From contig JAVZJR010000003.1 of the NCBI GenBank assembly GCA_038870635.1, positions 69,204 through 107,242 on the forward strand: a stretch of 38,039 bases of DNA, in the 5' to 3' direction. Below are positions 37,124 through 38,039 of the stretch, piece by piece. The translations under genes were made by a program, and so were the position numbers. Every line of letters begins with the position of its first letter. Positions within the stretch are counted from its first letter, which is position 1. Source of the stretch: Candidatus Bilamarchaeaceae archaeon (GTDB lineage: Archaea; Micrarchaeota; Micrarchaeia; Anstonellales; Bilamarchaeaceae). The notes under the pieces are model-generated. The model saw nothing but the letters and a program-made list of their open reading frames with translations. It had not been told where the DNA came from and did not search any database.

Positions 37124-38039
37124 ATGAAAAAAGTTTTTTTGGCATTATTGTTAGCTTTTCTTTTTTTTGGTTGCATTCAACTTCCTGGAACTATAAACAA
37201 AGAAAAAATAGATTCTATCTCGAATGTTACTAAAGAAATTTCTGAGACAATTACAGTTGAAGAAAAATGTTCTCCAGCCTACTCTGTTGTTATTCCTCAA
37301 AAAGCGAAGTTGGGCGATTTAGGTACTGTGAAAGTTAAGGCAGATTGCGCTTATGGAGCAACCATCGCTGTTTATTTTGATGGAGTGAAGATAGATGAGA
37401 AAAAAGTAAGTGGAAAAAGCGCTGAACTAATTTTTAATTTGAATTTTAGACAAGACGGCACAAAAACAGTTGAAGTAATTGCGAATGGTAGTTTAATAAA
37501 AAAAGATAACATTATCGTGGACTTGCTTGGGAATAATGAAACAAGTGGCTCAAAAAATGATGGATTTTCGGTTAAAGAATATATAGCAAGTGGTTTTGAA
37601 ATAAAATCAGATATCGAAGTTCGAAGTATTGGTATTTATGTTAAAAGATTGTATAGTAATACGTTAAAGAATTCTTATGTCGTAGTAGAGATTAGAAAAG
37701 ACGATAATGGCGTGCCAGCTTCTTCAAGTGTTGCAGCAACTTATCTTCCCATCGAAAAAATAATGATGAATGAAAAATGGGTTTGGTTTAATTTTAAAGA
37801 TAGTGTGAGACTTGCCCCGGGTACTTATTGGGTTGTCTTGCGTGTTGACCAAGAAAATCCAAATATCGTTAGCGATGTAGCGAATATTCACTATATAGGC
37901 GATAATCCAGATAAACCTGCTAGTGAATTAGTAAAAAGGATGGTTCTGAAGTGGAATGACCAAAAACAAAAACACGAAGAAACTACTTGGGAACCCGCGG
38001 CTTATGATAGGATTTATAGCATATTGTTGAGTTCAGAAA
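37124..38039 (+). CDS. Lipoprotein with beta-sandwich domains (runs off window end)
   Basis: Manually translated MKKVFLALLLAFLFFGCIQLP...; AAGGTG RBS; EIRKDDNGVP...WVWFNF..VRLAPGTYWVVL pattern; not in ORF track. Confidence 0.8.
   Translation, partial: MKKVFLALLLAFLFFGCIQLPGTINKEKIDSISNVTKEISETITVEEKCSPAYSVVIPQKAKLGDLGTVKVKADCAYGATIAVYFDGVKIDEKKVSGKSAELIFNLNFRQDGTKTVEVIANGSLIKKDNIIVDLLGNNETSGSKNDGFSVKEYIASGFEIKSDIEVRSIGIYVKRLYSNTLKNSYVVVEIRKDDNGVPASSSVAATYLPIEKIMMNEKWVWFNFKDSVRLAPGTYWVVLRVDQENPNIVSDVANIHYIGDNPDKPASELVKRMVLKWNDQKQKHEETTWEPAAYDRIYSILLSSE

Noticed and set aside
1..38039. CRISPR array, rRNA, insertion sequences
   Set aside because: No repeat-spacer pattern, rRNA-like segment or transposase motif; intergenic gaps are all short

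Overview
AT-rich archaeal chromosomal segment. The archaeal assignment rests on the PolD small subunit DP1, archaeal-type ThrRS and GlyRS, UPF0147, BHB-type tRNA introns, GGTGA ribosome-binding sites and BRE/TATA promoters. Non-canonical tRNA introns plus a gyrase operon suggest a DPANN lineage such as Micrarchaeota (inference). Most genes are housekeeping (DP1, pyrG, thrS, thiolase, rpiA, purQ, glyS, transaldolase, gyrBA), mixed with membrane and surface proteins. I saw no CRISPR array, integrase or transposase. Elements absent from the ORF track, or unexpected here: (1) a dual-guide C/D box sRNA whose D' guide points exactly at 23S rRNA G2251 (E. coli numbering); (2) a free-standing 40-aa copy of the class II ribonucleotide reductase C-terminal Cys-rich tail with its own promoter; (3) an apparently intact GAF-like/GGDEF diguanylate cyclase in an archaeon; (4) a tRNA-Asp with two non-canonical introns (15/16 and 59/60); (5) a protein of three tandem Xis/BldC-like HTH domains preceded by three direct repeats spaced exactly 10 bp apart; (6) a receptor-like lipoprotein/TM protein ending in a Roadblock-like domain. 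All family assignments come from reading motifs by eye; no database searches were run.
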